A DNA stretch of 39,125 nt, from IMG/VR virus record IMGVR_UViG_3300031566_000156; one strand, given 5' to 3'. The position numbers and the translations under genes were made by a program. Each line of letters begins with the position of its first letter. Within the stretch, counting starts at the first letter, position 1. Of this stretch, positions 6,412 to 16,059 are shown piece by piece. The notes under the pieces are model-generated. The model did not search any database, had not been told where the DNA came from, and saw only the letters and a list, made by a program, of their open reading frames with translations. The DNA comes from a virus.

Positions 6412-7640
6412 CCATTTGTAATTAGGTTATTATAAGCCGTGTCACTGGCACTTGTCCTTGCGGTGTTTCCTGTTATTATTTCTAAAGTTCCATTTATCCA
6501 ACCTGTCCCGTCTAAATTTATAAGTTGATTATCGTGTTCAGTTGCAGAAAGAGAATTGTTTTTAAAATCAATTTCAGCAGGTGTAGATGTTGCGTAAACT
6601 GATAAATCTATATTAGGTAAAGCGCATCCATCCATGTCAAAATTATTTAAACTTCCATTCCCCACAGATGCAAGTGTTATCCCTGTCATTAATGAATTAA
6701 ACCTCCAAATAACATTTGTGCCTGTAGGTACATTTGAAGCATTTACTGTGCCTGTGATATTACAGCTATATGCGTAAAATGTTGAAGTCAAGGTGTTACC
6801 TGAGCTTGCAAAGGTTATTCCTGTTAATAAAGAGTTAGAATGAGAATCGAATACTACACCAATAGGCACGTTAGATAAATTTAAAATTCCTGTTAAATTA
6901 CAGCTATAAACTTTAAAATCACTTACTAATGAGTTCCCTGAGCTTGCAAAGGTTATTCCTGTTAATAAAGTGTTAGAATACACTTGGAACAATCCTCCTA
7001 TCGGTACATTTGATAAATCTAAAACACCAGTTAAATTATTAGTATATAACCTAAATGCAGTAACTTTTACATTTCCTGAGCTTGCAAATGTAAGAGTTGT
7101 TAATGAAGAATTAGACCTAATTTCTACGCTTCCTCCTATTGGTACATTTGATAGATTTAATGATGTAATTGCCGTAAATCTTATAATTAAATTATTTACT
7201 ATACCATTACCAGAAGTTGCAAATATAATTTCTGTTAGCCCTGCGTTTGAATATGGTCTAAATATTCCACTAATAGGGGCTAATGACATATCTAAAACTC
7301 CTATATATAAATTGGTATTTATGTTAAATTCAGTTAATAATCCTGTTTTTAGTCCTGATATAAACGTAATCCTTGAATTATCAGCTACAAATTTAGTAAT
7401 ACCTAGTAAATCCCCTGTAATCTCAGCAATATAAGTTCCTGCTAAAGTGTAAGTATGCGTTAACTCAATACCACTTACAAAATTTTCTGTAGCACTTCCA
7501 TCCTTCCAATCAATTGTAAGTGTACCACTGGCAAAAGTTAAGTTAATGCCAGCAGTAAACCCAGCAGTTGGCGTCATTGTGATTTTAATAGCATCTGCTG
7601 ATACTTTTTGAGATAATAAACCAATAGGATAAGTAATCAT
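6396..7640 (-). CDS. Leucine-rich-repeat protein (414 aa), receptor-binding / tail-fibre candidate
   Basis: Five to six units of about 46 aa (LTGxLxLSNVPIGGxFxVYSNxLLTGITFASSGNxxxxxFxxYSCN), located directly after the large fibre-like gene. Confidence 0.75.
   Translation of the reverse strand: MITYPIGLLSQKVSADAIKITMTPTAGFTAGINLTFASGTLTIDWKDGSATENFVSGIELTHTYTLAGTYIAEITGDLLGITKFVADNSRITFISGLKTGLLTEFNINTNLYIGVLDMSLAPISGIFRPYSNAGLTEIIFATSGNGIVNNLIIRFTAITSLNLSNVPIGGSVEIRSNSSLTTLTFASSGNVKVTAFRLYTNNLTGVLDLSNVPIGGLFQVYSNTLLTGITFASSGNSLVSDFKVYSCNLTGILNLSNVPIGVVFDSHSNSLLTGITFASSGNTLTSTFYAYSCNITGTVNASNVPTGTNVIWRFNSLMTGITLASVGNGSLNNFDMDGCALPNIDLSVYATSTPAEIDFKNNSLSATEHDNQLINLDGTGWINGTLEIITGNTARTSASDTAYNNLITNGWTIT
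6799..6979. repeat. Near-identical DNA repeats inside the LRR gene (period 138 nt)
   Basis: CCTGAGCTTGCAAAGGTTATTCCTGTTAATAAAG occurs at 6799-6832 and 6937-6970 (34/34 identical, then 8/9). A third, diverged copy lies near 7075. Confidence 0.85.
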
Positions 7641-7643
7641 AAT

Positions 7644-8186
7644 TTAAAATATTACCTGTGTCCATCCACTTGATACTTCTGCCTGAAATTGCGCAATAGT
7701 ATCTATATCTACATTCCTATCTACAACAGTAGGTGTAGCCCCACCAAATGAAGAAAAAATGATTAGCATTTCAGAACCTTTTAAATATTTAGAAACTGAG
7801 TTGCCTATTGGATTTGATAAGAAATAAATTTCATCATTCGTATCTTTTTTCCATACTTCTGCTGAAACATCAAACCAGTTTTTGAAAGCTTTTACTTCCA
7901 CTGATGCAGTTTCATCTAAAGTAGTTCTATTTGGCAAACCATCAGGCAGCAAATCGCCTAATATAGCAACATCCGCTTTAATAGCTAACAAATATTCTTC
8001 CACTTCACCACCAGCAGTTAATATCTGGTTGATTTGTCCTAATGTCAACAATAAATCGCCTTCTACAATAGTATTGCCATTGCTTGCTGTTCTGGTTAAA
8101 TCCGAACGCCCGACTAATAAATCATAATAAAATGATTCTAATGTTCCGCCTGTTTGGATAGAAGTTGTTGGTACTGTAAATTTCAT
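7644..8186 (-). CDS. Virion-associated hypothetical protein (180 aa)
   Basis: ORF track. Lies between the two fibre-like genes. Confidence 0.65.
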   Translation of the reverse strand: MKFTVPTTSIQTGGTLESFYYDLLVGRSDLTRTASNGNTIVEGDLLLTLGQINQILTAGGEVEEYLLAIKADVAILGDLLPDGLPNRTTLDETASVEVKAFKNWFDVSAEVWKKDTNDEIYFLSNPIGNSVSKYLKGSEMLIIFSSFGGATPTVVDRNVDIDTIAQFQAEVSSGWTQVIF

Positions 8187-8197
8187 GTTTTTTATTT

Positions 8198-10387
8198 TTA
8201 AGGTGCTATTGTGTTAATTGTATAATGTACATCAGAGTTGGCATTTACAAATACTGTTATTGTGTTGTATGCTGTATTAGTATTATCTAGTGCAGGTGAA
8301 TTATCATAGGCATCGCCAAAAGTTGCACCTATTGTTATAGTCGGTGGAGTTGCAGTGTTAATGTATAAATCTATTACATAAGTTCCTGGCAATAAATTTG
8401 ATAATCCTATTGTAGTATCAGCAGTAACAGCCATGTACTGATTATTCCCGTTATTACCATCAAATGTAGTTGATGCTGCAAATGTTTGTATATGGTATCC
8501 ACCGTGAGCCTGCCCATTAACTACTAAGTTTCCCGTTAATGTTAATAAGGTTTTTGTTATTGTATTTGCTAAATCTAATTCTATTTGCTCATTACCGGCA
8601 GGCAGTAAAATAGCCTTTAGTAAATTTGATGTAACAGCTAACTTGTCAGTTAAATACGAATTGGTTGTATCGGTTGCTGATATTCTTACCTTATCATCTA
8701 ATCCACCGCCACCAGAAGCACCACCACCACCAGTTCCACCTATTAATCTTGTTCTATTATCAAGTGTGCTTATTTCTGTCCATGTAGCACCACCCCCACC
8801 AGTTCGAGCAACTACAATTGTATATAATTTAAATAATACACCTTCGGTAATTATGTCATTTGGTGCAACATCATAATTAGATGCATCTGTTAATGCTTCG
8901 GCTGCAGAAGAATAATAACCTAATGGTCTAGTAACTATAAGCTTATCACTTGAAGCTAAAGCCCCACCGGACCCGCTGTTTTGCATTCCATAAACAGGAA
9001 GCCTATAATAAGCACCATTAACCGCTAAAGAGACTCCTAAAGCGGTTTGTATAATACTAGCTAAATCTGTAACAGTTTCATAAGTTGCTGTGTTTGTTGT
9101 ATCGTTATAAATCGAATATTTAGTACCATCCTGTAAATCAAATGAACTCTTATGTGCTTGCATGGCAATACCCGCTGTTGTGGCTATTGTTATGCTTGGT
9201 GTTGAATTTACTACCACTGTGGCATCTATACCACTTGTATAAGTTGTGCCAAGCTTATCTCTTGAGATATCAGCCATCCAGCGATTAAACCCGTCATCCA
9301 CTCCATTATCAGGTGCATCATTGTATCTTCTCCATTTGTATACACCCTCTGTTAATGTTCTGGTTACATTAAATAAAGATGCTTTCCCTATTGGCGCTAA
9401 CTCATCAGAAGTAGCAAGGGTTGAAACCTTTAATTCTGGGGTTGTTCCGTTTAACCAAACATAAATATAATTCTCAAACAAAGTGGAAGCATCAACACCC
9501 GCAACTAAAGCAGCAAAAGCGCCATTATTTGGCCCTCCTCCGGATGTTGTGTTAAGTAAGTACCTTGTTCCATCTAAAATAAAAGCTAAATCCTTTAATG
9601 GGGCGTTTTGATTAGTGACTTCTATGTAAACAGTTCCACCTGATTCGTAAAATTCTACTGCTGGTGTCTCAACTACAACACCATTTAAAGTTCCTTCAAT
9701 GTTTACAGTTGTATCTGAGCCGCTAAATGCTAAAGTGTCAACACCTATTACTCCCAAAGTAGCATGTGAAATCAAACAAACCCCAATTCTAACCGGATAA
9801 TTTGGTGCTTTTGGTCTAACATTTGTCCACCCTCCTAAAACTAAAGGATTTCCATAAACGATATCGCCAGGTGTTAAGGCGATTGTGTTTAAATTTCGTA
9901 CAGCTCCATATCTTACAGCGTATCCAGGGTTTCCGTTTATAGTTTCGATGGTCATTAACCCAAAACCTCTAATAGAACTATCTATATTTGAGCTATCTAA
10001 TAATTCAACCTGAAGACTTGCACCAACAGCCCCAGTGACCGAAACAGCGACACCATCTAATAATGTTGCTCCTGTATCATTGACTAATCGTGCTCTTAGT
10101 TCTTCGCCTAATTGTAATGAAATACCTTCAATGTCATTATAAGCTGACCATGTATTTTCTGTTGAATCATAAAATAATCTAGCTATCTTATAACTTGGTG
10201 GTGTTGCTTGCGGTGTGAAATCAAGCCAGTCAAATACACTTGCAATTGCTTGTACTAATGTTTTGAAATATGACCATAACATATTTTTACCACCAGATAC
10301 TGAAGGTTGCCCAAATGCAATTCTATCATTATCATCCGGTAGGGTTGGTGTTGTTATTAGCGTCTGATTAAATAATTCTTTTGGCAT
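8198..10387 (-). CDS. Large tail fibre/spike-like structural protein (729 aa)
   Basis: Called on size, a Gly-rich hinge (GGTGGGGASGGGG), Thr/Asn/Gly-rich composition and position in the late operon. Confidence 0.6.
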   Translation of the reverse strand: MPKELFNQTLITTPTLPDDNDRIAFGQPSVSGGKNMLWSYFKTLVQAIASVFDWLDFTPQATPPSYKIARLFYDSTENTWSAYNDIEGISLQLGEELRARLVNDTGATLLDGVAVSVTGAVGASLQVELLDSSNIDSSIRGFGLMTIETINGNPGYAVRYGAVRNLNTIALTPGDIVYGNPLVLGGWTNVRPKAPNYPVRIGVCLISHATLGVIGVDTLAFSGSDTTVNIEGTLNGVVVETPAVEFYESGGTVYIEVTNQNAPLKDLAFILDGTRYLLNTTSGGGPNNGAFAALVAGVDASTLFENYIYVWLNGTTPELKVSTLATSDELAPIGKASLFNVTRTLTEGVYKWRRYNDAPDNGVDDGFNRWMADISRDKLGTTYTSGIDATVVVNSTPSITIATTAGIAMQAHKSSFDLQDGTKYSIYNDTTNTATYETVTDLASIIQTALGVSLAVNGAYYRLPVYGMQNSGSGGALASSDKLIVTRPLGYYSSAAEALTDASNYDVAPNDIITEGVLFKLYTIVVARTGGGGATWTEISTLDNRTRLIGGTGGGGASGGGGLDDKVRISATDTTNSYLTDKLAVTSNLLKAILLPAGNEQIELDLANTITKTLLTLTGNLVVNGQAHGGYHIQTFAASTTFDGNNGNNQYMAVTADTTIGLSNLLPGTYVIDLYINTATPPTITIGATFGDAYDNSPALDNTNTAYNTITVFVNANSDVHYTINTIAP

Positions 10388-10932
10388 TATAGGACTGTTT
10401 TACGTACGGTTATTAATCTTGGTGTGTAAGGTCGTTTAGTTCTTGAACATTCCCACAAAGGGTATAAAGTATCGTTTTCGTTCAAATATTCTTTCATTAT
10501 CTGGAAATCACTTAAGGCAATTTCTTGATACCTTTTTTTATAGTTGTTTAATTCTCCTTGTGATAGTTCTACACTTTCGGGTCTGGATTTTTTTACCATA
10601 CCCGTATAAGAATCTTGTATTTTTGATTCAAGCATATATTCAGCATAAACCATATTGGCTAATTGAAATCTAATACCTTGAAATTCTACTGTATCATTGT
10701 TACAGTTTTCAAAAATAGTCCCATCCAAAAGTAAAACATTTAATGCTGTCAATGGATTAGTTTGTAAATCATAAAGTAAAGCATTACCTAGTAATTTTCT
10801 AAGCTCTAAATTTTCAACTTCACTTTCTATTTGTGTAAAGTTAGTAGTTCCGCTAATCTCTTTAGTGGATAGCGCCCAATTTTGCGAAATCGGTTTAATT
10901 AAGTTCTGTTGTGCCAGTGTTAGTAATGCCAT
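10387..10932 (-). CDS. Virion morphogenesis hypothetical protein (181 aa)
   Basis: ORF track. Overlaps the upstream gene by 38 nt. Confidence 0.65.
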   Translation of the reverse strand: MALLTLAQQNLIKPISQNWALSTKEISGTTNFTQIESEVENLELRKLLGNALLYDLQTNPLTALNVLLLDGTIFENCNNDTVEFQGIRFQLANMVYAEYMLESKIQDSYTGMVKKSRPESVELSQGELNNYKKRYQEIALSDFQIMKEYLNENDTLYPLWECSRTKRPYTPRLITVRKTVL

Positions 10933-12331
10933 CGTCTTCTATTATTGGTACATTTATCATTGATTCTGCTTTTACTTTATCAATTCCGTATATTTCTGTA
11001 ATTATATTAATTGCATTTTCAGCTGGGATTATGCCTTTTGCAACTTTCTCCGCTGATTCAAACAATTTTGTAACACCACCAACCGAACCCTTAAGGGTTG
11101 CTTGCGATTCTAGTCGTTTTATTTCTGCTAAATCAATATTTTCATCATCTTGTTGTCCTAAACTTAATGGTTTAATATTCCAATTTTTATTGTTCTTAAG
11201 TATGTCATTATCAAAGTGTTGAAATACTTCTTTTATCCCTTCAGAAATTACCATTCTATCATCCTCTGTTATGACATTATAGAAGTTATTCGCTTCTCTT
11301 ACTGCTTCACCTGATGTATTCCCTAAACTTGATTGTTCGTAGTCTATTAAAATGGCTGGAAGTGCTTTTGCTGCCTTTCTAATGTTATTAGAAACTGACT
11401 TTTCAATATTTTCAAATAGTTTGTCTTCAATATCTGATTCTAATTGGTCAACTTTAAAGCCTGTACTTTCTGATAATTCGCCTTCTAAATTCAAATCATC
11501 TTCCATTATTAACATATTATCACCATCAGGCCCTAATGTGCTTTTTATTGTAGATACAAGTTCTTTCTTTTCGTCATCATTTCCCCCTGGTTGAATTCTT
11601 ATGATTGTCTTTTTAAAGAATCCATTCCTTAATTGTCTATTCTTATAAAGCGCAATTTCTCCTTCAGTATCACAATCAAGATAAACCTCATCATAATTTG
11701 ACAAAGGATAAAAAAATTCAGTATCTAAGAAATCAAAAAATATTTGCCCTTTATAATTGTCTATTCCATCAACTCTATTGATTTGCTCTATAAATGCATT
11801 TTCATCACGGTTAAACACATTGTAAGAAATAATTTTATTTTTATCATACTTTCCTGATTCTTTATCTTTTTCCCAATTTGTATAAAATAAAACTTTAGCA
11901 CTGTATCCTGTGTCATCTGGAATAGCAAAGCGCATATTCTTAAATGATTTAACATGCGTGCTTACTATATCCCTGTTCAAATTATAATTACAATGTATGT
12001 AGTAGCCTGAATTTCTTGAAACGCTCAAACAAACCTCTCTCAAAATTCGCTTCATTGTAATTTGTTTCCCACGGGAATCACGCCCTACAATAATATTATT
12101 TATTGCTTCATTTTCAAAACCTTGTCCAGATAAAAAACGAGCATAAATATTTGCAGTATTTTTGGCAGTGGAAGACTTGTTTATCAATCGCTCCATCACT
12201 TGAGGGTAATCGTTATTTTGGCCAAAAATCATCAACCCATTAACACCATCATTTATGCGTTTAATGGTTTTGTCTGGTCTAATAACTGCCCTCTTATCTA
12301 TCTCCTTGGAAACAAGTCTTTGCCCTGCCAT
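10895..12331 (-). CDS. Putative portal protein (478 aa)
   Basis: Called on size, an acidic central/C-terminal region, and a general resemblance to portal families recalled from memory. It is the only portal-sized candidate in the head block. Not verified. Confidence 0.5.
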   Translation of the reverse strand: MAGQRLVSKEIDKRAVIRPDKTIKRINDGVNGLMIFGQNNDYPQVMERLINKSSTAKNTANIYARFLSGQGFENEAINNIIVGRDSRGKQITMKRILREVCLSVSRNSGYYIHCNYNLNRDIVSTHVKSFKNMRFAIPDDTGYSAKVLFYTNWEKDKESGKYDKNKIISYNVFNRDENAFIEQINRVDGIDNYKGQIFFDFLDTEFFYPLSNYDEVYLDCDTEGEIALYKNRQLRNGFFKKTIIRIQPGGNDDEKKELVSTIKSTLGPDGDNMLIMEDDLNLEGELSESTGFKVDQLESDIEDKLFENIEKSVSNNIRKAAKALPAILIDYEQSSLGNTSGEAVREANNFYNVITEDDRMVISEGIKEVFQHFDNDILKNNKNWNIKPLSLGQQDDENIDLAEIKRLESQATLKGSVGGVTKLFESAEKVAKGIIPAENAINIITEIYGIDKVKAESMINVPIIEDDGITNTGTTELN

Positions 12332-12828
12332 TAGTTGTATTTTTTATTTTTGTTTTGTTTGTGCGTATTTCTTTGAACTTTCTTAACCTTATTTACTTCT
12401 TTTACTTCTTTTATTTCTTTTATTTCATCAACTTTTTTAACTTCTATTACTTTCGCGTTATATCCTTCCGGAAGTGTGATAAAATGCTTTTCATTTAAAG
12501 CTCCAATTTTTAATAACTGAATTGCCTTTTCGTCAGTTAAATACTCACTTGCAATGTGTTCGCACAATGGGATTAACTTCCCATCCTTCATGACAGTAGG
12601 TATATACATACGTCCTTTAAAACTTGGTACACAAGTTCTTGACTCTATTTTTTTTAATAAATCTGCTTTCATCTTAATTTTTTTATGGTAATCTCGCATA
12701 CACTTTGTACAAGTATTTGGTTGCCCACCGTTTAAAAAGTATTTTGAATAAGTTTTTAAAAGCGCTATGGTATATTCACCACTCTTTAAAATGGTGTCTA
12801 TATCCATAGCTGCTAATTTATCTATCAT
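12331..12828 (-). CDS. Hypothetical head-block protein (165 aa) with a K/E/V repeat tail
   Basis: ORF track. The C-terminal KEIKEVKEVNKVKKV is encoded by a 9-nt x4 tandem repeat (12393-12428). Confidence 0.65.
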   Translation of the reverse strand: MIDKLAAMDIDTILKSGEYTIALLKTYSKYFLNGGQPNTCTKCMRDYHKKIKMKADLLKKIESRTCVPSFKGRMYIPTVMKDGKLIPLCEHIASEYLTDEKAIQLLKIGALNEKHFITLPEGYNAKVIEVKKVDEIKEIKEVKEVNKVKKVQRNTHKQNKNKKYN

Positions 12829-13400
12829 TACGCTGGTGGCGTTTCTAATCCAACTAATAAAGCTAAAGTAGTCGCATAATCAGTGCTTAGTAATGTGTAA
12901 TTACTATACTGCTCCGCTTGTCCATCTAAAGAAGTTACTTCTACATTCCTAGCTCCATTAATGTCATTTGCTCGCATAGAATCCGATGTTGGATACATTC
13001 CATTTTTTACACCAAAAACTCTAAAAACACCATCACCATCAACTGTCTTATCTTTACTCTCAACAATTACAACAATATCCTCTAAACTATCTACATTCTC
13101 AACATTTTCAGCTTTAAATTCAAAGCCTTGAAAGTTAAAGTAATGTGTGAATTTATCAGGCCTATCGTCTGCAACTACTCTATCAAACCCAGAGTTAAGC
13201 AACTTTTTAACACCCGTTAAAGTGTATAATTGCTTGGTTGCCGTTACAGCTATATTTGTAATCTTTGAGAGATTAGTCACATCATAGGTAAATGTTAATT
13301 CAGTCCTGTTACCTATCCACGCTTTAATCTCATTACCTCCTATTCCTGAGGTGCTACAATCGGAGATAATGTCTCCCGCTATTCCTTTTACACAAGTCAT
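12828..13400 (-). CDS. Structural protein (190 aa), directly downstream of the capsid gene
   Basis: ORF track; its role (decoration, adaptor or tube) is undetermined. Confidence 0.65.
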   Translation of the reverse strand: MTCVKGIAGDIISDCSTSGIGGNEIKAWIGNRTELTFTYDVTNLSKITNIAVTATKQLYTLTGVKKLLNSGFDRVVADDRPDKFTHYFNFQGFEFKAENVENVDSLEDIVVIVESKDKTVDGDGVFRVFGVKNGMYPTSDSMRANDINGARNVEVTSLDGQAEQYSNYTLLSTDYATTLALLVGLETPPA

Positions 13401-13410
13401 ATCTATTATT

Positions 13411-14796
13411 TTAGTAAGCTACAACAATCATATATTCTTCTAATTCTTTAGAATCCAAAGTAAAACCGTATGCAGTTTTATTTTGTCGCTCATCCTGATT
13501 GTACCATTGCTCTAATTCGTTGAAATCATTTTCGTTCAATGTTCCTAAAGGTATATTCTCAGGCACAGTGAAAACAATTCTGTGAGGTAAATAATAAGAA
13601 ATACCTGCTGAGTTATTTTCAAAGTCTTCCCTTGAAGATAAATCCCAGATAGTCTCCATGTTTACAACATCGTAACCAGACCATTTAACTGACTGCAAGC
13701 CATCTTGAACAATATTAATATCGTATACAATGCCTTTGCTTTCTAAATATTCTACGTAATTATCGTACATCTCACGAGATACTAATAATTGAGCGTTTGG
13801 ATTAGAGCGCAATCTACTATCAGAAGCATTTTTAATACTTTTAAAATATGCTACTGCTGCACCGTCTGCTAATGCTAATTGAGCTGATTTACTAGTAAAT
13901 ACTGAGTTTTCAGTAATAGCAATACGCTCGATAGTTGTAGCTGTAACAGCGTCAAATATTTGCTCCCAAAGACCATCAAAATAATCATAAAACTTCACAT
14001 CTGCTGCACTTGCTAAACCTGGTACATCAACACCACCGATTGTTGTAACCGCTGGAGCTTCAACAATTAATGTAGTTGCGCCTGCACCTGCTACAGTTAT
14101 CAATGCTGCTGCTGCTGGAGTTGCTGCGATAAGTGCCGCTAAGTCAGTTATCGTTTTTGCACCTGCTGTCAATTCAACATCGATAGCCGTTCCTGTAACT
14201 GTTATAGCTGCTGCACCTGCTGCAACGTCTGAAATCTCAAAAGTAATACCATTACCTGCTGCACCTGTTGCAACTGCATTAACAATTAATAATGGGTTAT
14301 CAACACATGTTACAGATGCGTTTGTTTCGCTTGCAACTGCTACACTAGTGTTACCAAACCAAGCAGCCCTCCAGATAGTTTGTACCATTGTTTCTTCCAA
14401 AAGAATAGCATAAAATATTTCAAGGTCAGTTCCTGTAATATCATACAGGTCTCTATACTTTTGAATTTTGCCGAAATACGCTTTAAACAATCCGTCTAAT
14501 TCAGCAGCACAAACAATCAAAGTATCTTCGATACCTACTGGATTCCAATACTTCTCTGTTAATGTGCTCTCTGGGCTTGAAGTTTGTCGTGTACAAGCTG
14601 CTGCTTTTTTTAATCCTGTTTTACTAAACTGCGAAGCAAAAACAATCTGCGATTGCATCTTAATTCCCGTTTGAAAACTACCATGAATTTGCTTAAATTC
14701 TGGACGTTCAAAAACTCTTTCTATAATGAAGTCCTTAATTTCCTGAACTTCAATAGGCTCTAAAGTTAAGCCGCTTAAATCTACTCCTGTTGCCAT
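13411..14796 (-). CDS. Major capsid protein (461 aa) with an Ala/Thr/Gly-rich insertion
   Basis: Lies immediately downstream of the prohead protease-scaffold gene, with size and flanking sequence typical of HK97-fold capsid proteins. Residues about 151-267 form a compositionally distinct insert. Confidence 0.75.
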   Translation of the reverse strand: MATGVDLSGLTLEPIEVQEIKDFIIERVFERPEFKQIHGSFQTGIKMQSQIVFASQFSKTGLKKAAACTRQTSSPESTLTEKYWNPVGIEDTLIVCAAELDGLFKAYFGKIQKYRDLYDITGTDLEIFYAILLEETMVQTIWRAAWFGNTSVAVASETNASVTCVDNPLLIVNAVATGAAGNGITFEISDVAAGAAAITVTGTAIDVELTAGAKTITDLAALIAATPAAAALITVAGAGATTLIVEAPAVTTIGGVDVPGLASAADVKFYDYFDGLWEQIFDAVTATTIERIAITENSVFTSKSAQLALADGAAVAYFKSIKNASDSRLRSNPNAQLLVSREMYDNYVEYLESKGIVYDINIVQDGLQSVKWSGYDVVNMETIWDLSSREDFENNSAGISYYLPHRIVFTVPENIPLGTLNENDFNELEQWYNQDERQNKTAYGFTLDSKELEEYMIVVAY

Positions 14797-14802
14797 TTTA
14801 TA

Positions 14803-15999
14803 TTATTTTTTTTTATAAGTAAAACTCTTTTTGCCAGTATTTTTTTCTTCCGGCACTTTTATTTCTTCTTTCTCATTCGAGAATCTATTCTTAAATTCAT
14901 TGAACTTTGTTTCAATGTCCTTAATATTAGATTCAAGTGTATTGCTATTTGCTTTTAAATCATTGTACTCTTTTTCTTTAGTACTATATGAATTTTGCAA
15001 TTGCTCATTCTCTTGCTTTAACTGTTCTACTTCCTGCTTAAGGGCTTCTACTTCGTCATTCCCTTCTGCTTCGGCTTCTTTAATTTCCATCAAAGTACCT
15101 GCTTCAAAAACATAAATAACACCATCAGGCATTACATGCTCTTTATTTGCTGGTTCACCGTTTACAGTAGCTGTGTTACCTACGGCTATTTGCTCAACAG
15201 TTTCTATCTCATCTCCAAAATCTAATCCATCTCCATTAACATCTTGAACTACGAGGTTCTTAACGGACTTTATGAAAAGATTTTTTACAACGGCCAAAGT
15301 ATCATTTACTTTATCCCCGATTGTTTTTAATTCTTTTTCTTGTTCTGCATTCATTTCTTCATTTTTTATTTCTGTTTGATTAATAAAATTCATTGCTATA
15401 CATTCATCTACATACATAAAACGTTCTTCTTTCATTATTGCTAAAATATCATCAATTGATTTTCCAGATATTTCAGAATAAAAACTTGCAAGCCTATTCT
15501 TTTCAGTTCTTAATTCGTTTGCTGTTTTTTGAAATTGTTCATCATCGCCCATTTCTTCAGTCCAGGGATTATGAATCAAAAGCCTACTTTGGCCTGTCAT
15601 TTCCCTGTTTGGAGTTGATAATAAAATTTGAACACATGAACTAGCACACGTTCCAAGTACTGTGATTTTAGGCTGCTTACCAGAAAGTTTTATTGCATCG
15701 TGAATTTTCCAACCCTCGAATAAATCACCTCCAAAAGAATCAATGACAATCTCTTTACCCATGTCGACATAAGGCAATAAACTGTCCATTGTTATATCAA
15801 AACCAACCTCGCCTTTAAAGTGCATACCATTTTCACCAAATGGAGTAGGCTCTACCGGCTCAAAGAAAAATAAAAAGTTCTTAATGCCTTTTTTATTTAA
15901 AATTTCTTCGGCCTGTTCTTTGTTATATCGTGATTTATCGAATAATAAAGACCGTTGCAGTCCTTTATCATCTAAGTATCGTGCTATGAATTTATTCAT
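14803..15999 (-). CDS. ClpP/S14-like prohead protease fused to a coiled-coil scaffolding domain (398 aa)
   Basis: GTCASSCVQILL (Ser) and RLLIHNPW (His) match ClpP-type motifs. The C-terminal EVEALKQEVEQLKQENEQLQ region is coiled coil. Confidence 0.85.
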   Translation of the reverse strand: MNKFIARYLDDKGLQRSLLFDKSRYNKEQAEEILNKKGIKNFLFFFEPVEPTPFGENGMHFKGEVGFDITMDSLLPYVDMGKEIVIDSFGGDLFEGWKIHDAIKLSGKQPKITVLGTCASSCVQILLSTPNREMTGQSRLLIHNPWTEEMGDDEQFQKTANELRTEKNRLASFYSEISGKSIDDILAIMKEERFMYVDECIAMNFINQTEIKNEEMNAEQEKELKTIGDKVNDTLAVVKNLFIKSVKNLVVQDVNGDGLDFGDEIETVEQIAVGNTATVNGEPANKEHVMPDGVIYVFEAGTLMEIKEAEAEGNDEVEALKQEVEQLKQENEQLQNSYSTKEKEYNDLKANSNTLESNIKDIETKFNEFKNRFSNEKEEIKVPEEKNTGKKSFTYKKK

Positions 16000-16004
16000 A
16001 TTTA

Positions 16005-16059
16005 CAAAGTTATAATTAAAATCTATATATTCAAAATATCTTATAAATAAAATCTATAT
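16005..16059 (-). promoter_or_regulatory. Late promoter (head block)
   Basis: -7 TAACTTTG (16005-16012), 19-nt spacer, -33 TTTG (16032-16035). ATATAGAT boxes lie at 16021-16028 and 16052-16059. The ATG at 15999 is only 5 nt after the -7 box. Confidence 0.7.

Noticed and set aside
9401-9408. Hammerhead-ribozyme-like core (minus strand CUGAUGAG).
   Set aside because: It is an isolated 8-mer inside the 729-aa fibre gene. There is no matching GAAA/stem context, so it is likely a chance match.
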